From contig JAFGDV010000012.1 in the NCBI GenBank assembly GCA_016931955.1, positions 50,255 through 114,254 on the forward strand: a stretch of 64,000 bases of DNA. Direction: 5' to 3'. The notes beneath the pieces were generated by a model. It did not search any database and was not told where the DNA came from. It worked only from the letters and a program-made list of their open reading frames with translations. How positions within the stretch are numbered: position 1 is the stretch's first letter; the number at the start of each line of letters is the position of its first letter. This document shows positions 19,968 through 28,843 of this stretch, piece by piece. This DNA comes from Candidatus Altiarchaeota archaeon (GTDB lineage Archaea; Altiarchaeota; Altiarchaeia; IMC4; QMZM01). Both the position numbers and the translations under genes were made by a program.

Positions 19968-20042
19968 AAAGTGATAACATGGGACCGCGAAGAAAAAGGG
20001 AGAATAGAATACATACCACTATGGAAGTGGCTGCTGGAATAA
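19968..20042 (+). pseudogene. Orphan 3' end of a gene resembling AAA copy 2
   Basis: KVITWDREEKGRIEYIPLWKWLLE* versus KIITWDHEETGRIEYIPLWKWLLQ (12052-12123). Confidence 0.85.
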
Positions 20043-20239
20043 AGAGGTTATTTCATAGATGGCTGCTTGAGGCAGAAAGAGAAGAGCCCAGAAGAGAGCA
20101 AGGTAGTGCCCTGGAAAAGGCAAGATATAAAGGAGGTGAGGGGAAATAGGGGATATAGTAGGGGCTCCGATGAATGCATCCCAACGAGGATAGAGAGAAA
20201 AGCTTTTAATCCCATATCGACAGAATACTTTAAGAGAAG

Positions 20240-20440
20240 ATGAAATGCGCACTGGATAAGGAGGAAGGAATACCAGATAAGAGAAGATGCCCCAAAAAGA
20301 TGCTCAACGGACCATGCGGCGGACAACTAAAGGGAAAATGCGAAGTAAACCCAGGATTAGGGTGCGTGTGGGTGCAGGTATATGAGGAACTCAAGAAGAG
20401 GGGGAAAGAAAAAATACTCAAGGAGCTGTGCATGAGATGA
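20240..20440 (+). CDS. metV: Minimal MetV-like protein (MTHFR C-terminal Cys-rich domain)
   Basis: CPKKMLNGPCGG...GKCEV...CVW; overlaps the start of metF. Confidence 0.75.
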   Translation: MKCALDKEEGIPDKRRCPKKMLNGPCGGQLKGKCEVNPGLGCVWVQVYEELKKRGKEKILKELCMR

Positions 20441-21315
20441 CGCTGAGAAGAGAATTAAAGAAAAAATTCACTTATACGGGAGAACTAGAACCCGGGAAGA
20501 TTTCAGAGTTAAAGGAGATAGTAGAGGAAGCCAGGAAACTGAAGAAGTATGTTACGGCATGTAATGTAACAGACAACCCGCAAGCTTATGCGTACATAAG
20601 CAGCCTGGCGGCGTCGTATATGATACAGGAGAAGGCCGGGATGGAGGCCATATATCAGCTGACTTGCAGAGACAGGAATCGATTAGCGCTGACTTCAGAG
20701 CTGCTGGGGGCGGCGGCGCTGGGGATAAAGAATGTGCTGGCGTTGACTGGAGACTACACTACGTTGGGGGATATGCCTGAGGCGAAGCCTGTATTTGATT
20801 TAGATGCGTGCCGGCTAGTGCATATGATCAAGGAGATGAACGAGGGAAGAGATATAAAGGGGAACCGAATAGAACCTAGGACGGAATTCTTTATCGGAGT
20901 CGCAGCGAACCCCAACGCTATACCATTAGAACCGGAGATACTGAAGCTGGAGAAGAAAGAAAAAGTGGGGGCGGAATTCGTGCAGACTCAGGTAGTGTAT
21001 GAGATGGAGATAGTAGAGAATTTCCTGGAGGCAACGAAGAACGTGGAGATACCGATACTGATCGGGGTGTTCCCGCTGAGATCATACGGGGTAGCGGAGT
21101 ACTTCGACAAGAACGTGCCCGGAGTCAAGGTACCCGAAAAACTGTTGAAGGAACTGAAGGAGATAAAGGAGGCTGGGGGGGCTCGGGAGGAATACGATAA
21201 AGTCAATGAAAGATTCTTTTCCGGACTAATAAAAGGGATAAAGAAGACTGATGCGAGGGGATGCCATATAATGGCGGTGAATTACTCGGAGATTGTGGAG
21301 AAGCTGGTCGTCTAA
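20428..21315 (+). CDS. metF: Methylenetetrahydrofolate reductase
   Basis: NVTDNP, QLTCRDRNR, LALTGD, PVFDLD, GAEFVQTQ, GCHIM. Confidence 0.9.
   Translation: MHEMTLRRELKKKFTYTGELEPGKISELKEIVEEARKLKKYVTACNVTDNPQAYAYISSLAASYMIQEKAGMEAIYQLTCRDRNRLALTSELLGAAALGIKNVLALTGDYTTLGDMPEAKPVFDLDACRLVHMIKEMNEGRDIKGNRIEPRTEFFIGVAANPNAIPLEPEILKLEKKEKVGAEFVQTQVVYEMEIVENFLEATKNVEIPILIGVFPLRSYGVAEYFDKNVPGVKVPEKLLKELKEIKEAGGAREEYDKVNERFFSGLIKGIKKTDARGCHIMAVNYSEIVEKLVV
21260..21308 (+). repeat. metF 3'-end direct repeat, left copy
   Basis: 48/49 identical to 21980-22028. Confidence 0.95.
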
Positions 21316-21653
21316 GTTTTTTCCATAAGGATCTTTTTGATGATGGGTCTGACCACTGGTATGTCCTCCTTCACGACAAGCCACACCCTCTTAGGGTCCA
21401 TCCCAAAGTAGAAATGGATAGCCTTATCCCTCATACCCGCTATATCCCGCCAAGGCACTTCAGGATGCTTATCCTTCACAGGAGAAGGCACGTTTTTTGC
21501 CGCTTCGCCTATGACCTCGACACATCGGATGACGGCTTATTGAGTCTTCTCATCCCCTAAAAACACGTCATAAGACATATCTCTGATGAATTCCTCGGCA
21601 AGCTCCATGTTCTCCAACATATCCTTCAGATAGATTGACACGTTCCTTTTCAT
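21312..21653 (-). pseudogene. HEPN/DUF86 toxin with in-frame stop (absent from the ORF track)
   Basis: MKRNVSIYLKDMLE...KTQ*AVIRCVEVIGEAAKNVP...PW..IAGMRDKAIHFYFG; TAA at 21539-21537. Confidence 0.85.
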
Positions 21654-21943
21654 ACATAAACCGCCTCCTCTAGGACTCTATCCCGCAACTCAGCGCGAAG
21701 ATCCTTTTTAGGAACAACATCAGCCTTAACGCCGAGAACATCACCCAAGAAATTCTCCAAGCCAACAATCCTGAGAAGACTCACCGGCTCCTCGAATTCG
21801 ACGAGGAAGTCAACATCACTTGACTCATCCTGCTCACCCCTGACATAAGACCCAAAAACACCGATACTCTTAACCATAAACCTCCTCGAAAGCTCAGCCC
21901 TATGCTTAGACAAAGCAGTCCTAATGTCACCAAGGGTTACCAT
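21650..21943 (-). CDS. MNT (minimal nucleotidyltransferase) antitoxin
   Basis: FGSYVRGE...SDVD motif, 97 aa, overlaps the HEPN start. Confidence 0.9.
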   Translation of the reverse strand: MVTLGDIRTALSKHRAELSRRFMVKSIGVFGSYVRGEQDESSDVDFLVEFEEPVSLLRIVGLENFLGDVLGVKADVVPKKDLRAELRDRVLEEAVYV

Positions 21944-21979
21944 ATTAGGATATTGGACTTAGAAACTATAAGCCAAGGA

Positions 21980-22032
21980 GATGCCATATAATGGCGGTGA
22001 ATTACTCGGAGATTGTGGAAAAGCTGGTTTAG
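21980..22032 (+). repeat. metF 3'-end direct repeat, right (orphan) copy with its own stop
   Basis: Encodes CHIMAVNYSEIVEKLV*. Confidence 0.95.
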
Positions 22033-22157
22033 AAAAAAAGCTCTCCAGACCATTTCTTTAGTTGGGTGAAACCCCTTTCAGAGAGAATATTGCCTGCAGC
22101 CAAAAAGACCTTGAGGAGAAGGTGATTAAGGATTATGCAGCCTGATATAATACTGTA

Positions 22158-23006
22158 TCACTTAGAGGAATACATCACTCCATTCTTGTCCTTGACAGTT
22201 AATTCAGCGGGGGCGAAGATATCCGCCGGAATATTATAGAAGTCGCGGTCAGCCTGCTGGAAGATGTCGCAGAAAGACCTGCCGAAAGCAGAGGAATTCT
22301 TGGAGACGGACCTCTCAGTCAAGGAAGGAACCCAGTCACTTACCTGAAGAAAGACGTTACCCTTATAGATGATGGCGTCATTGGCCTCGAACATGCAGTC
22401 TTCGCTCAATTCCACCATGGGAACGGAACCCTGAGCGGAGACGATGTTGTTGACGTCAAAGCCCAGGTTAAGGAGACGGAAGACAGCGACCTCGACGACG
22501 CGGGAAAGAACATTGACCAAGCCAGTCAAGGAATTAGGACGAAAAACACCGATGAGAAGGTCAGAGGCGCCAGTATCCCTCAGGATGGATTCAAGAAGAG
22601 GCCTAGGGGGGAAAGAACTGGTCTCAAGCAAGAGGGCGGCAACATCAGAGGACTCAAAGTAGTTGATCCTAGGCAGAAGACCCGGAGGCTTGTCCGCTAG
22701 GATGCGGGCAGGGCCCGAGCCCATGGCGGAAAAATCCCCGGACTTGACACGCCAGCCCGCCATCTGAGATCCAAGGGTTGCGACGGCAGGGGCCTCGTCG
22801 ATCCTGACCTGGACGACGTCGTCTATCATAACCTGACCCAATCCTGCAAGAGAAGCCTCAGCCACCCACAAAGCGGTATCCAAGTCAGGCACAGAATTCA
22901 AGCCGACGTCTAAGACAGAGACTGAGCCAAAATCAAGCTCCAACATAAGGGATGGATCCACCTTAAGGGATTCAAGGATCCCATAAGCGCGCTTGTTTAG
23001 GTTCAT
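22158..23006 (-). CDS. mch: Methenyltetrahydromethanopterin cyclohydrolase (short, divergent)
   Basis: LGSQMAGW, AMGSGPAR, SRVVE, ANDAIIY, FYNIPADIFAPA. Confidence 0.8.
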   Translation of the reverse strand: MNLNKRAYGILESLKVDPSLMLELDFGSVSVLDVGLNSVPDLDTALWVAEASLAGLGQVMIDDVVQVRIDEAPAVATLGSQMAGWRVKSGDFSAMGSGPARILADKPPGLLPRINYFESSDVAALLLETSSFPPRPLLESILRDTGASDLLIGVFRPNSLTGLVNVLSRVVEVAVFRLLNLGFDVNNIVSAQGSVPMVELSEDCMFEANDAIIYKGNVFLQVSDWVPSLTERSVSKNSSAFGRSFCDIFQQADRDFYNIPADIFAPAELTVKDKNGVMYSSK

Positions 23007-24580
23007 TTTCCAACGGAGGGGAAAAGGGTCCCATCCTTGTGAGGAAGATACAATGCGTTAAGATACTCCTCATTAAAATCTTTAGATTCTGAGAGATTAA
23101 AGTATGTGACCTTTTTGGCGAGGGATTCCGCCCCCTTCTTCACCTCGTCGTCGACCAACGCCATATATGCGCCCCTGAGGGAGCCGTTGCCGATGAACTC
23201 GAACCTCTCCCTTGGGATATCAGGAAGCAAGCCAATGGTTATCGCCTTCTCCAAGTCGATGTGGTAGCCAAAGCCGCCTGCTATGTAGATCTTCTGCAGA
23301 TCATTGAAGTCAACGCCCACCCTGGAAAGGGTTCTGGCGCCGGCATAGATGGCGGCCTTACCCAACAGGATATTGCGGACGTCCTTCTCGTTCAAGGAAA
23401 TATCCCTGCCGTTGACGGTTTCGTCTCCGAAGACGACTACGAATTCGAGGCCGTTGGCTCCGGACCGCAACCTATCAGAGGGCATGTCGGAGAACCTGCC
23501 CTGGTGGTCTATTACATCCCTCCTGAATAGGCCAGCAAGTAAACTGATCAAACCGGAGCCGCATACGCCGGCAGGCTTCTCATTGCCTACGGTAGAGTAG
23601 ACCACGTTAAGGTCTTCGTCTACGTCGATGCGCTCAATGACTCCCATAACAGCAGGCATGCCGCAGCTGACCTCGCCCCCCTCAAAGGCCGGGCCGGCTG
23701 AGGTAGAACATGCAAGAAGCCATTCACTGCAGCCTAAGACGACTTCGCCGTTGGTACCCACGTCGACCAGCATGGAAGGCTTCTCTGATTTATGCAAGCC
23801 GCTGACAAGGATGTCAGCTACCACATCCCCGCCAACGAAGCCGGCGATGCCCGGCATAGAATAGAGGCTGCCAGAGCAATTCAACCTGAGTTTCTCCGCA
23901 TCCAGGCGGCGAGGTAATCTAAACTCTGAAAGTTCAGGGTCCTCCAAGACAATACGAGGATCCCGGTCCAATAGGATGTAGGTCATGATGGTGTTGCCTG
24001 CAGTGACAATGTGCTTTACCCGCACATGCTCTCTGCCCTCGATGAGGGAAGCGATGACTGAGTTGACTGTATCGATGATTGATCTGTTAAGGGATTCCAC
24101 GCCTATGTGCTCAGCGTATTTCAAGCGAGTCAATACGTCGCCGCCGTAGGTTACCTGCCTGTTGTATTCAGAGGCATAGGCCACAGGCTTCTTGGTCGAG
24201 AGGTCGACGAGGTAGGCGAATACAGTAGTCGTGCCGACGTCGACCGCCACGCCGACGTCGAAGCCCGACAATTCAGACAATTCCAGACTAGGAGACTCGG
24301 AAAGGATCTGATGCTCACCCAAGCGGCTCTCAGGCGGGACGAAGACGATCAAGTCAGACGCTGGAAAGGTCTGGCATGCCAGGTGCAGGTCACCTGATTT
24401 AGGCTTCAAGGACCTGACCCTGCCCTCCTCGATTCTGACACCGCATCTGCCGCATCTGCCTTTGCCATAGCAGAGGGCGGACAAGCATATGCCTGCTTCC
24501 ATGGCTGCATCAAGGAGGGACCTGTCTTCCCCGATCCTGACAACCCTGCCATCCGGTTGAAAGGTTACAATGTACTCCAT
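23003..24580 (-). CDS. ASKHA-domain corrinoid reductive activator (RACo/AcsV) with N-terminal 2Fe-2S domain
   Basis: C.G.G.CGRC, LACQ, DVGTTT, GFVGGD, DVGTNGE, AGPAFEG, GVCGSG, AGGFG. Confidence 0.9.
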   Translation of the reverse strand: MEYIVTFQPDGRVVRIGEDRSLLDAAMEAGICLSALCYGKGRCGRCGVRIEEGRVRSLKPKSGDLHLACQTFPASDLIVFVPPESRLGEHQILSESPSLELSELSGFDVGVAVDVGTTTVFAYLVDLSTKKPVAYASEYNRQVTYGGDVLTRLKYAEHIGVESLNRSIIDTVNSVIASLIEGREHVRVKHIVTAGNTIMTYILLDRDPRIVLEDPELSEFRLPRRLDAEKLRLNCSGSLYSMPGIAGFVGGDVVADILVSGLHKSEKPSMLVDVGTNGEVVLGCSEWLLACSTSAGPAFEGGEVSCGMPAVMGVIERIDVDEDLNVVYSTVGNEKPAGVCGSGLISLLAGLFRRDVIDHQGRFSDMPSDRLRSGANGLEFVVVFGDETVNGRDISLNEKDVRNILLGKAAIYAGARTLSRVGVDFNDLQKIYIAGGFGYHIDLEKAITIGLLPDIPRERFEFIGNGSLRGAYMALVDDEVKKGAESLAKKVTYFNLSESKDFNEEYLNALYLPHKDGTLFPSVGK

Positions 24581-25941
24581 TCTTTCCCCAGGAAAACACC
24601 CAACTGAGAGGAATCCTGCGGACCAACGATGACATCCCAGCCAGTTCGGCGCTCCAGTTCCTCCTTCAGGGACTCCATCACCCCGGGAATGATCAATTTT
24701 TTGTGATTGACGCGCTCGGAGAGACGGCTTTTCTCCAACGCCCTGCTGATGGCTTCCACAGATAACTTGTCGGCTGCGACGGCGACCGTCGCTGCGAGGC
24801 CGCCGGAGTCTATTATTAATAGAAAACAGGAAACACCCGACCTCCTAAGATCGTCTGAGACGCTGAAGTAGGTGAGGGTGAAGTTAGTGGACAGCAAGAC
24901 AGGAGAGAACTCGTTGGGTTCACCGATCTCATAGAGCTTAGGCTCCACTGTAGGCTCGACGCGAGGATCACCGTAGATGTTCGACCTAAGGATTAGGAGA
25001 GGTAGGAGAGACCACCGCTCGATGGAGTGCACGATGAAGAGGCTGGCGAAGCGGTGCAGTAGGAGGGATGCAATCGTGGATTCTAGGTAGGGCTTCGATT
25101 CGTCACCGCAACCCCTCATCCAGACGGAGGCCGTAGACGCCATTAGAGGGAACCCAAGTTCTCCAACGCCGTCTAAGGCAGCCTTCCTCAGGAGGGTGAA
25201 CTTGTTGACGGTACGGGCAAGACCATCATCCCTTACATCGATCCCAGGATCGAGGATCAGGTTGCTGAAACCCTCAGAGATGATCCTCTTGGAGAGGGAG
25301 GAGAGACCCTCCACCGTGGGAGAATAGACGACGAAGGCTGTATCGTATTTGCGGGCAAGCTTCAACACAGCAGACCAGTTCTCGCTGTCGGCTGCGTAGA
25401 GCAGAGGCCTGCGAGAGCCCACAAGCTCCAAGCCATCCCTGAGGACCTCAGGTTTAAAGGAGCAGAGAATCAATGGACCAGAGAAGTTCTCCGATACCAG
25501 TTCAAGGGCCTTCCTAAAGCGGTAATCTTTATTAGATGCAGACCTGACCGAGACACCGTCCAAGGACAATCTCATGCCAGCCCGCTCCACAGAAAAATCC
25601 TTGACCAATTTTATTCTATCCAGTATTTCCTCCTCAGGCATAAGGTCGCTGACGTCCATGAAGAAAGGCGGGGGATTGAAGAACCTGAACTCGTGACGAT
25701 AGAGGACCTCTTCGCCGCCGACTGATAGATTAGAGAAGGATGAAGCTTGGACAGGCGGCATCAAGAGTTTATTTAATGTGTTCCATTGCTCATCTGATAG
25801 TAGAGGGCAATCAGAGGGCTTGGCTTCTCGCTCCAGGAGCTTCAAGGCATAAGACATGCAGGTCTTAAAACCACATCTGCCGCAGTCCGTCTTCGGAAGA
25901 TGCCCGTACAATTGAAGAGCTGTCAGCCTTTTCACGTTCAT
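24565..25941 (-). CDS. cdhE: Corrinoid Fe-S protein large subunit (CdhE/AcsC)
   Basis: LPKTDCGRCGFKTC...CP, GGEEVLYRHE, IYGDPR, SPVLLSTNFTLTYF, GWDVIVGP; start set at MNVKRL. Confidence 0.9.
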   Translation of the reverse strand: MNVKRLTALQLYGHLPKTDCGRCGFKTCMSYALKLLEREAKPSDCPLLSDEQWNTLNKLLMPPVQASSFSNLSVGGEEVLYRHEFRFFNPPPFFMDVSDLMPEEEILDRIKLVKDFSVERAGMRLSLDGVSVRSASNKDYRFRKALELVSENFSGPLILCSFKPEVLRDGLELVGSRRPLLYAADSENWSAVLKLARKYDTAFVVYSPTVEGLSSLSKRIISEGFSNLILDPGIDVRDDGLARTVNKFTLLRKAALDGVGELGFPLMASTASVWMRGCGDESKPYLESTIASLLLHRFASLFIVHSIERWSLLPLLILRSNIYGDPRVEPTVEPKLYEIGEPNEFSPVLLSTNFTLTYFSVSDDLRRSGVSCFLLIIDSGGLAATVAVAADKLSVEAISRALEKSRLSERVNHKKLIIPGVMESLKEELERRTGWDVIVGPQDSSQLGVFLGKEWSTL

Positions 25942-26948
25942 CCCTCCACCCACATGGAATAGGGCGAGTGGGTGCTGTAAAGATCCCCGGGCTTGAACAA
26001 GGCATCGAATAGAGACTCCAAGCAGTCGACTGCGAAGGGGTGCAGCATCATGAACAGGTCGGCGCCGGACAGCAAGGCCATGGAGGCGGTAGAGGACTCC
26101 CACAGGGGACCCCGCAGCTCCCTTGGACCCCATTCTTCGTTGTGCATCCACGCCTCCCTGGCACTCCAGGCATTGGAGGTTGCGGACGCGATAGGCAGTG
26201 AAAGGAAGGGATCGCCCTGGAGACCCAGAAGCCGGCAACGCTCCATCGCAGAGATGGAGTATTCAACACCATAGCCTATGCCGCCAGTAAATAGATCCAT
26301 TATGATGTTCGAAGGCTTAACGCCCAGCTTCATCAGGTTCCTGTTGAAGCGGCGCATCTCGTCAGGGTTCATCGATATGAGAGAGACAAGGGATTGATCA
26401 TGTTTAACCGCGGCTTCCGCAACCTGCCTGTAATTCATGTCGGGGCCGACCGAGGACAAGACAACGGATTCGCCGGAGCATACCTCAGCAGCCTTGGAAA
26501 GCAGTTCCGGATCCTTGTCTGGGTTGCCGGAGCCGCCTATTATCAATGGAACCTTGACCGCCTGCAATACATCCTCTATCGTTTTACAGGCCTCTGCTAT
26601 GGATGTATTCCCCACCTTCGGGTCAGTGCTCACCAAGTGAAGTGTTATCATCTTGGCAGCGTATTTTTTGACGCGCAGCCTCGCCCAATCGCGGGGGTCC
26701 TCCATGGCGTCGCCGAAGCAATGCCTCACGTTCCCAGGAAGATGGATCGGGATATCAAAGACGTCCTCCGAGATCACTGGATGACATGCCTTGAAGCCGT
26801 CAAAGTAGTGGAAGGCTGGCGTGTTTTCTCCGCCGATCCTATAGGACTTGTCTCTGGTCCCGCCATCCCGCCTAGTGGCTCCTATGGACACGACACTGAT
26901 CCTCTGCTTGTATCCCTCCTTCGGCAGCTTGAATCTGGGAGAAGCCAT
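25938..26948 (-). CDS. cdhD: Corrinoid Fe-S protein small subunit (CdhD/AcsD)
   Basis: IGAT...GGTR, PLIIGGSGNPDKD, GYGVEYS, NAWSAREAW, RGPLWE, MMLHP; start set at MASPR. Confidence 0.9.
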   Translation of the reverse strand: MASPRFKLPKEGYKQRISVVSIGATRRDGGTRDKSYRIGGENTPAFHYFDGFKACHPVISEDVFDIPIHLPGNVRHCFGDAMEDPRDWARLRVKKYAAKMITLHLVSTDPKVGNTSIAEACKTIEDVLQAVKVPLIIGGSGNPDKDPELLSKAAEVCSGESVVLSSVGPDMNYRQVAEAAVKHDQSLVSLISMNPDEMRRFNRNLMKLGVKPSNIIMDLFTGGIGYGVEYSISAMERCRLLGLQGDPFLSLPIASATSNAWSAREAWMHNEEWGPRELRGPLWESSTASMALLSGADLFMMLHPFAVDCLESLFDALFKPGDLYSTHSPYSMWVEG

Positions 26949-26955
26949 CGTTAAA

Positions 26956-27534
26956 TTATTTAGTGTAGACAGAATAAAACCAGCTAACATCATCCAATGT
27001 GTTGATGCTCCTGAAGGAAAGAAGCTGAGGATCATATTTTAACAGACGCTCTGGTCTCACCTTAAGGACATCCATTCGGTCGATCAACGAGGTTATCCTC
27101 TGATTCAGTTCAATAGTTTTGAGGACGTCGAGGACCTTCTCCCTCCGGTAGAAGGCATGCAGTGGCTCCAATAAACCCGCGGGATTCAGGGGGACCACGC
27201 CGTCGCCTTCGAGGAGGGAGTAGAGGAAACGGATCAGTTCAGTGTTGAGGAAGGGCATGTCACATCCTGCGACGAAGAGGAAATCTGCATTGGAGGCTTG
27301 GACGCCGGCATAGATAGCGCCCAGGGGGCCCGCATCGTAGTCTTCGGGGATAATATGGGGATAATCCGATAACCTGGATTCCAGGCCGCGGGCGCAGACG
27401 AGGAAGGTCTTATCAAAAAGGGAAGAAAGGATATCGTAGCCGAAGGAGAACAGGGGCTTGCCTCTGAAGGGGATGAATGGTTTGTCTCTGATCCTTTTAC
27501 TCTTGCCCAAGAGCATCAAGGCATCAACCATCAT
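26956..27534 (-). CDS. MobA-like NTP transferase (molybdenum cofactor guanylyltransferase family)
   Basis: G.S.R...DK, GPLGAI, GCDMPFL, EPLHAFY, SINT. Confidence 0.8.
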   Translation of the reverse strand: MMVDALMLLGKSKRIRDKPFIPFRGKPLFSFGYDILSSLFDKTFLVCARGLESRLSDYPHIIPEDYDAGPLGAIYAGVQASNADFLFVAGCDMPFLNTELIRFLYSLLEGDGVVPLNPAGLLEPLHAFYRREKVLDVLKTIELNQRITSLIDRMDVLKVRPERLLKYDPQLLSFRSINTLDDVSWFYSVYTK

Positions 27535-28835
27535 GTAAACTTATTCACGACGGACGCTGAAATAAGGGAACAAGACAGGCCGATGAATAATGGATCGACT
27601 GCCGCTAGGGGGAGAAAATGCCAAAAGACTGCGGCAAGGGAGCCGCACAGTATGGAGGAAAAAGCTGCGGAAGAAGACAACCTGATAGAGAACAAGGCTG
27701 AGAGAATGGGGACGAGGATGCCTGAAGTCCACACAGTGGAGAGGAATATCAATGCGGGAATGATCCTCTGGAGGTACAAAGCAAGTAAGAGACTTAGAAA
27801 GCCGAGGGAGAAAACCATAAGCCGGCTGAAGGGTACAAGAAATCTGTCGTCATCAGAGAACCTGCGGAAGAGGTCATGGGAGAGGCTGCTGGCGCCCGCA
27901 TGCAGGAAGGAGTCCGCTGTGCTCATTATCGCGGAGAGCAATCCAATATAGAAGACCGCCTGGAGGATTGGGGGTAAGAGATTGGAGCCAACGGCAAAGA
28001 TCGCCTGGTCTGGGTCGTCTAAGCCGTATTGGATCGATACGAGACCGGATAATACAACCACTGAGTCTATCAGCATCCAGACCACGATAGAGAGGAGGAT
28101 CGCCTTCCTCAAGTCGACTGACGGGGCTGAGGCGAAGATCCTCTGATAGATTGGAGAAGAAGTGATGGGCAGAAAAAACAGGAGGACACACCAGACAAGG
28201 ATCTCCTGAGGGTCCATCAAGGAGACCGGGTTCAGGAATTCATGCGGCAGAGATCCAGGGCCAGCGGAGAGGAGGTAAGGTAGGAGGATGAGTAGAGAGA
28301 GTAACATAAAACCCAGCTGCAGGAAATCGGATACGACGACTGAACGCATGCCTCCGAGGAGGGTGTAGAAGACTACGACGACTGAAAACAACAGCATCGA
28401 AGAATTGAAGGATAGGGACGTCGTGAGCTCCAGCAATCTGCCGCCCGCGATGATGGACTCAGGAACAAGACAGAGAACAGCCAGTAAGAGAGAAGATGAG
28501 ACAACTACTCTATTATCATAGAAGCCGCCGAGGAAGTCCGGCAAGGTGAACCTGTCGCCCTTGATCCTTGGAAGAAGCCACATCAGGAAAATATTTCCTG
28601 AATAGAAGGGAAGGATGAACCAGAGGACTCCCAAGCCTGTCTGGTTGGCGATGCTTACACCGCCTATCAAAGCAGAGGCTCCATAGAAGGTCGAGACGAC
28701 GGTCGCAACCAGGAGGGGAAAGGAAAGCTGGGTGTCCGCTAAGATAAAGGATCGCTCACTGCCGACGCTCCTGAAGAACAAGCCGACCAACAAGAGCAAG
28801 ACAAAGTAGGCCGCAAACAAGAGGGTTAAGTCCAT
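27531..28835 (-). CDS. Sodium:solute symporter family transporter
   Basis: STFYGA, TLPDF, YTLLGGMRSVVVSDFLQ, YQRIF, SAIMSTADS. Confidence 0.85.
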   Translation of the reverse strand: MDLTLLFAAYFVLLLLVGLFFRSVGSERSFILADTQLSFPLLVATVVSTFYGASALIGGVSIANQTGLGVLWFILPFYSGNIFLMWLLPRIKGDRFTLPDFLGGFYDNRVVVSSSLLLAVLCLVPESIIAGGRLLELTTSLSFNSSMLLFSVVVVFYTLLGGMRSVVVSDFLQLGFMLLSLLILLPYLLSAGPGSLPHEFLNPVSLMDPQEILVWCVLLFFLPITSSPIYQRIFASAPSVDLRKAILLSIVVWMLIDSVVVLSGLVSIQYGLDDPDQAIFAVGSNLLPPILQAVFYIGLLSAIMSTADSFLHAGASSLSHDLFRRFSDDDRFLVPFSRLMVFSLGFLSLLLALYLQRIIPALIFLSTVWTSGILVPILSALFSIRLSSSAAFSSILCGSLAAVFWHFLPLAAVDPLFIGLSCSLISASVVNKFT

Positions 28836-28843
28836 AAGACTAC

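Noticed and set aside
9180-22032. Diversity-generating retroelement template/variable repeat pairs
   Set aside because: Mismatches are not confined to adenines, indels are present, and no reverse transcriptase is visible.
24565-25941. HgcA mercury methylase
   Set aside because: No N(V/I)WCA cap-helix cysteine and no TM domain; it has the N-terminal 4Fe-4S motif of CdhE/AcsC.
25942-26238. N-terminal extension of CdhE in the ORF track
   Set aside because: It overlaps cdhD in another frame; the homologous sequence begins at the ATG at 25941.
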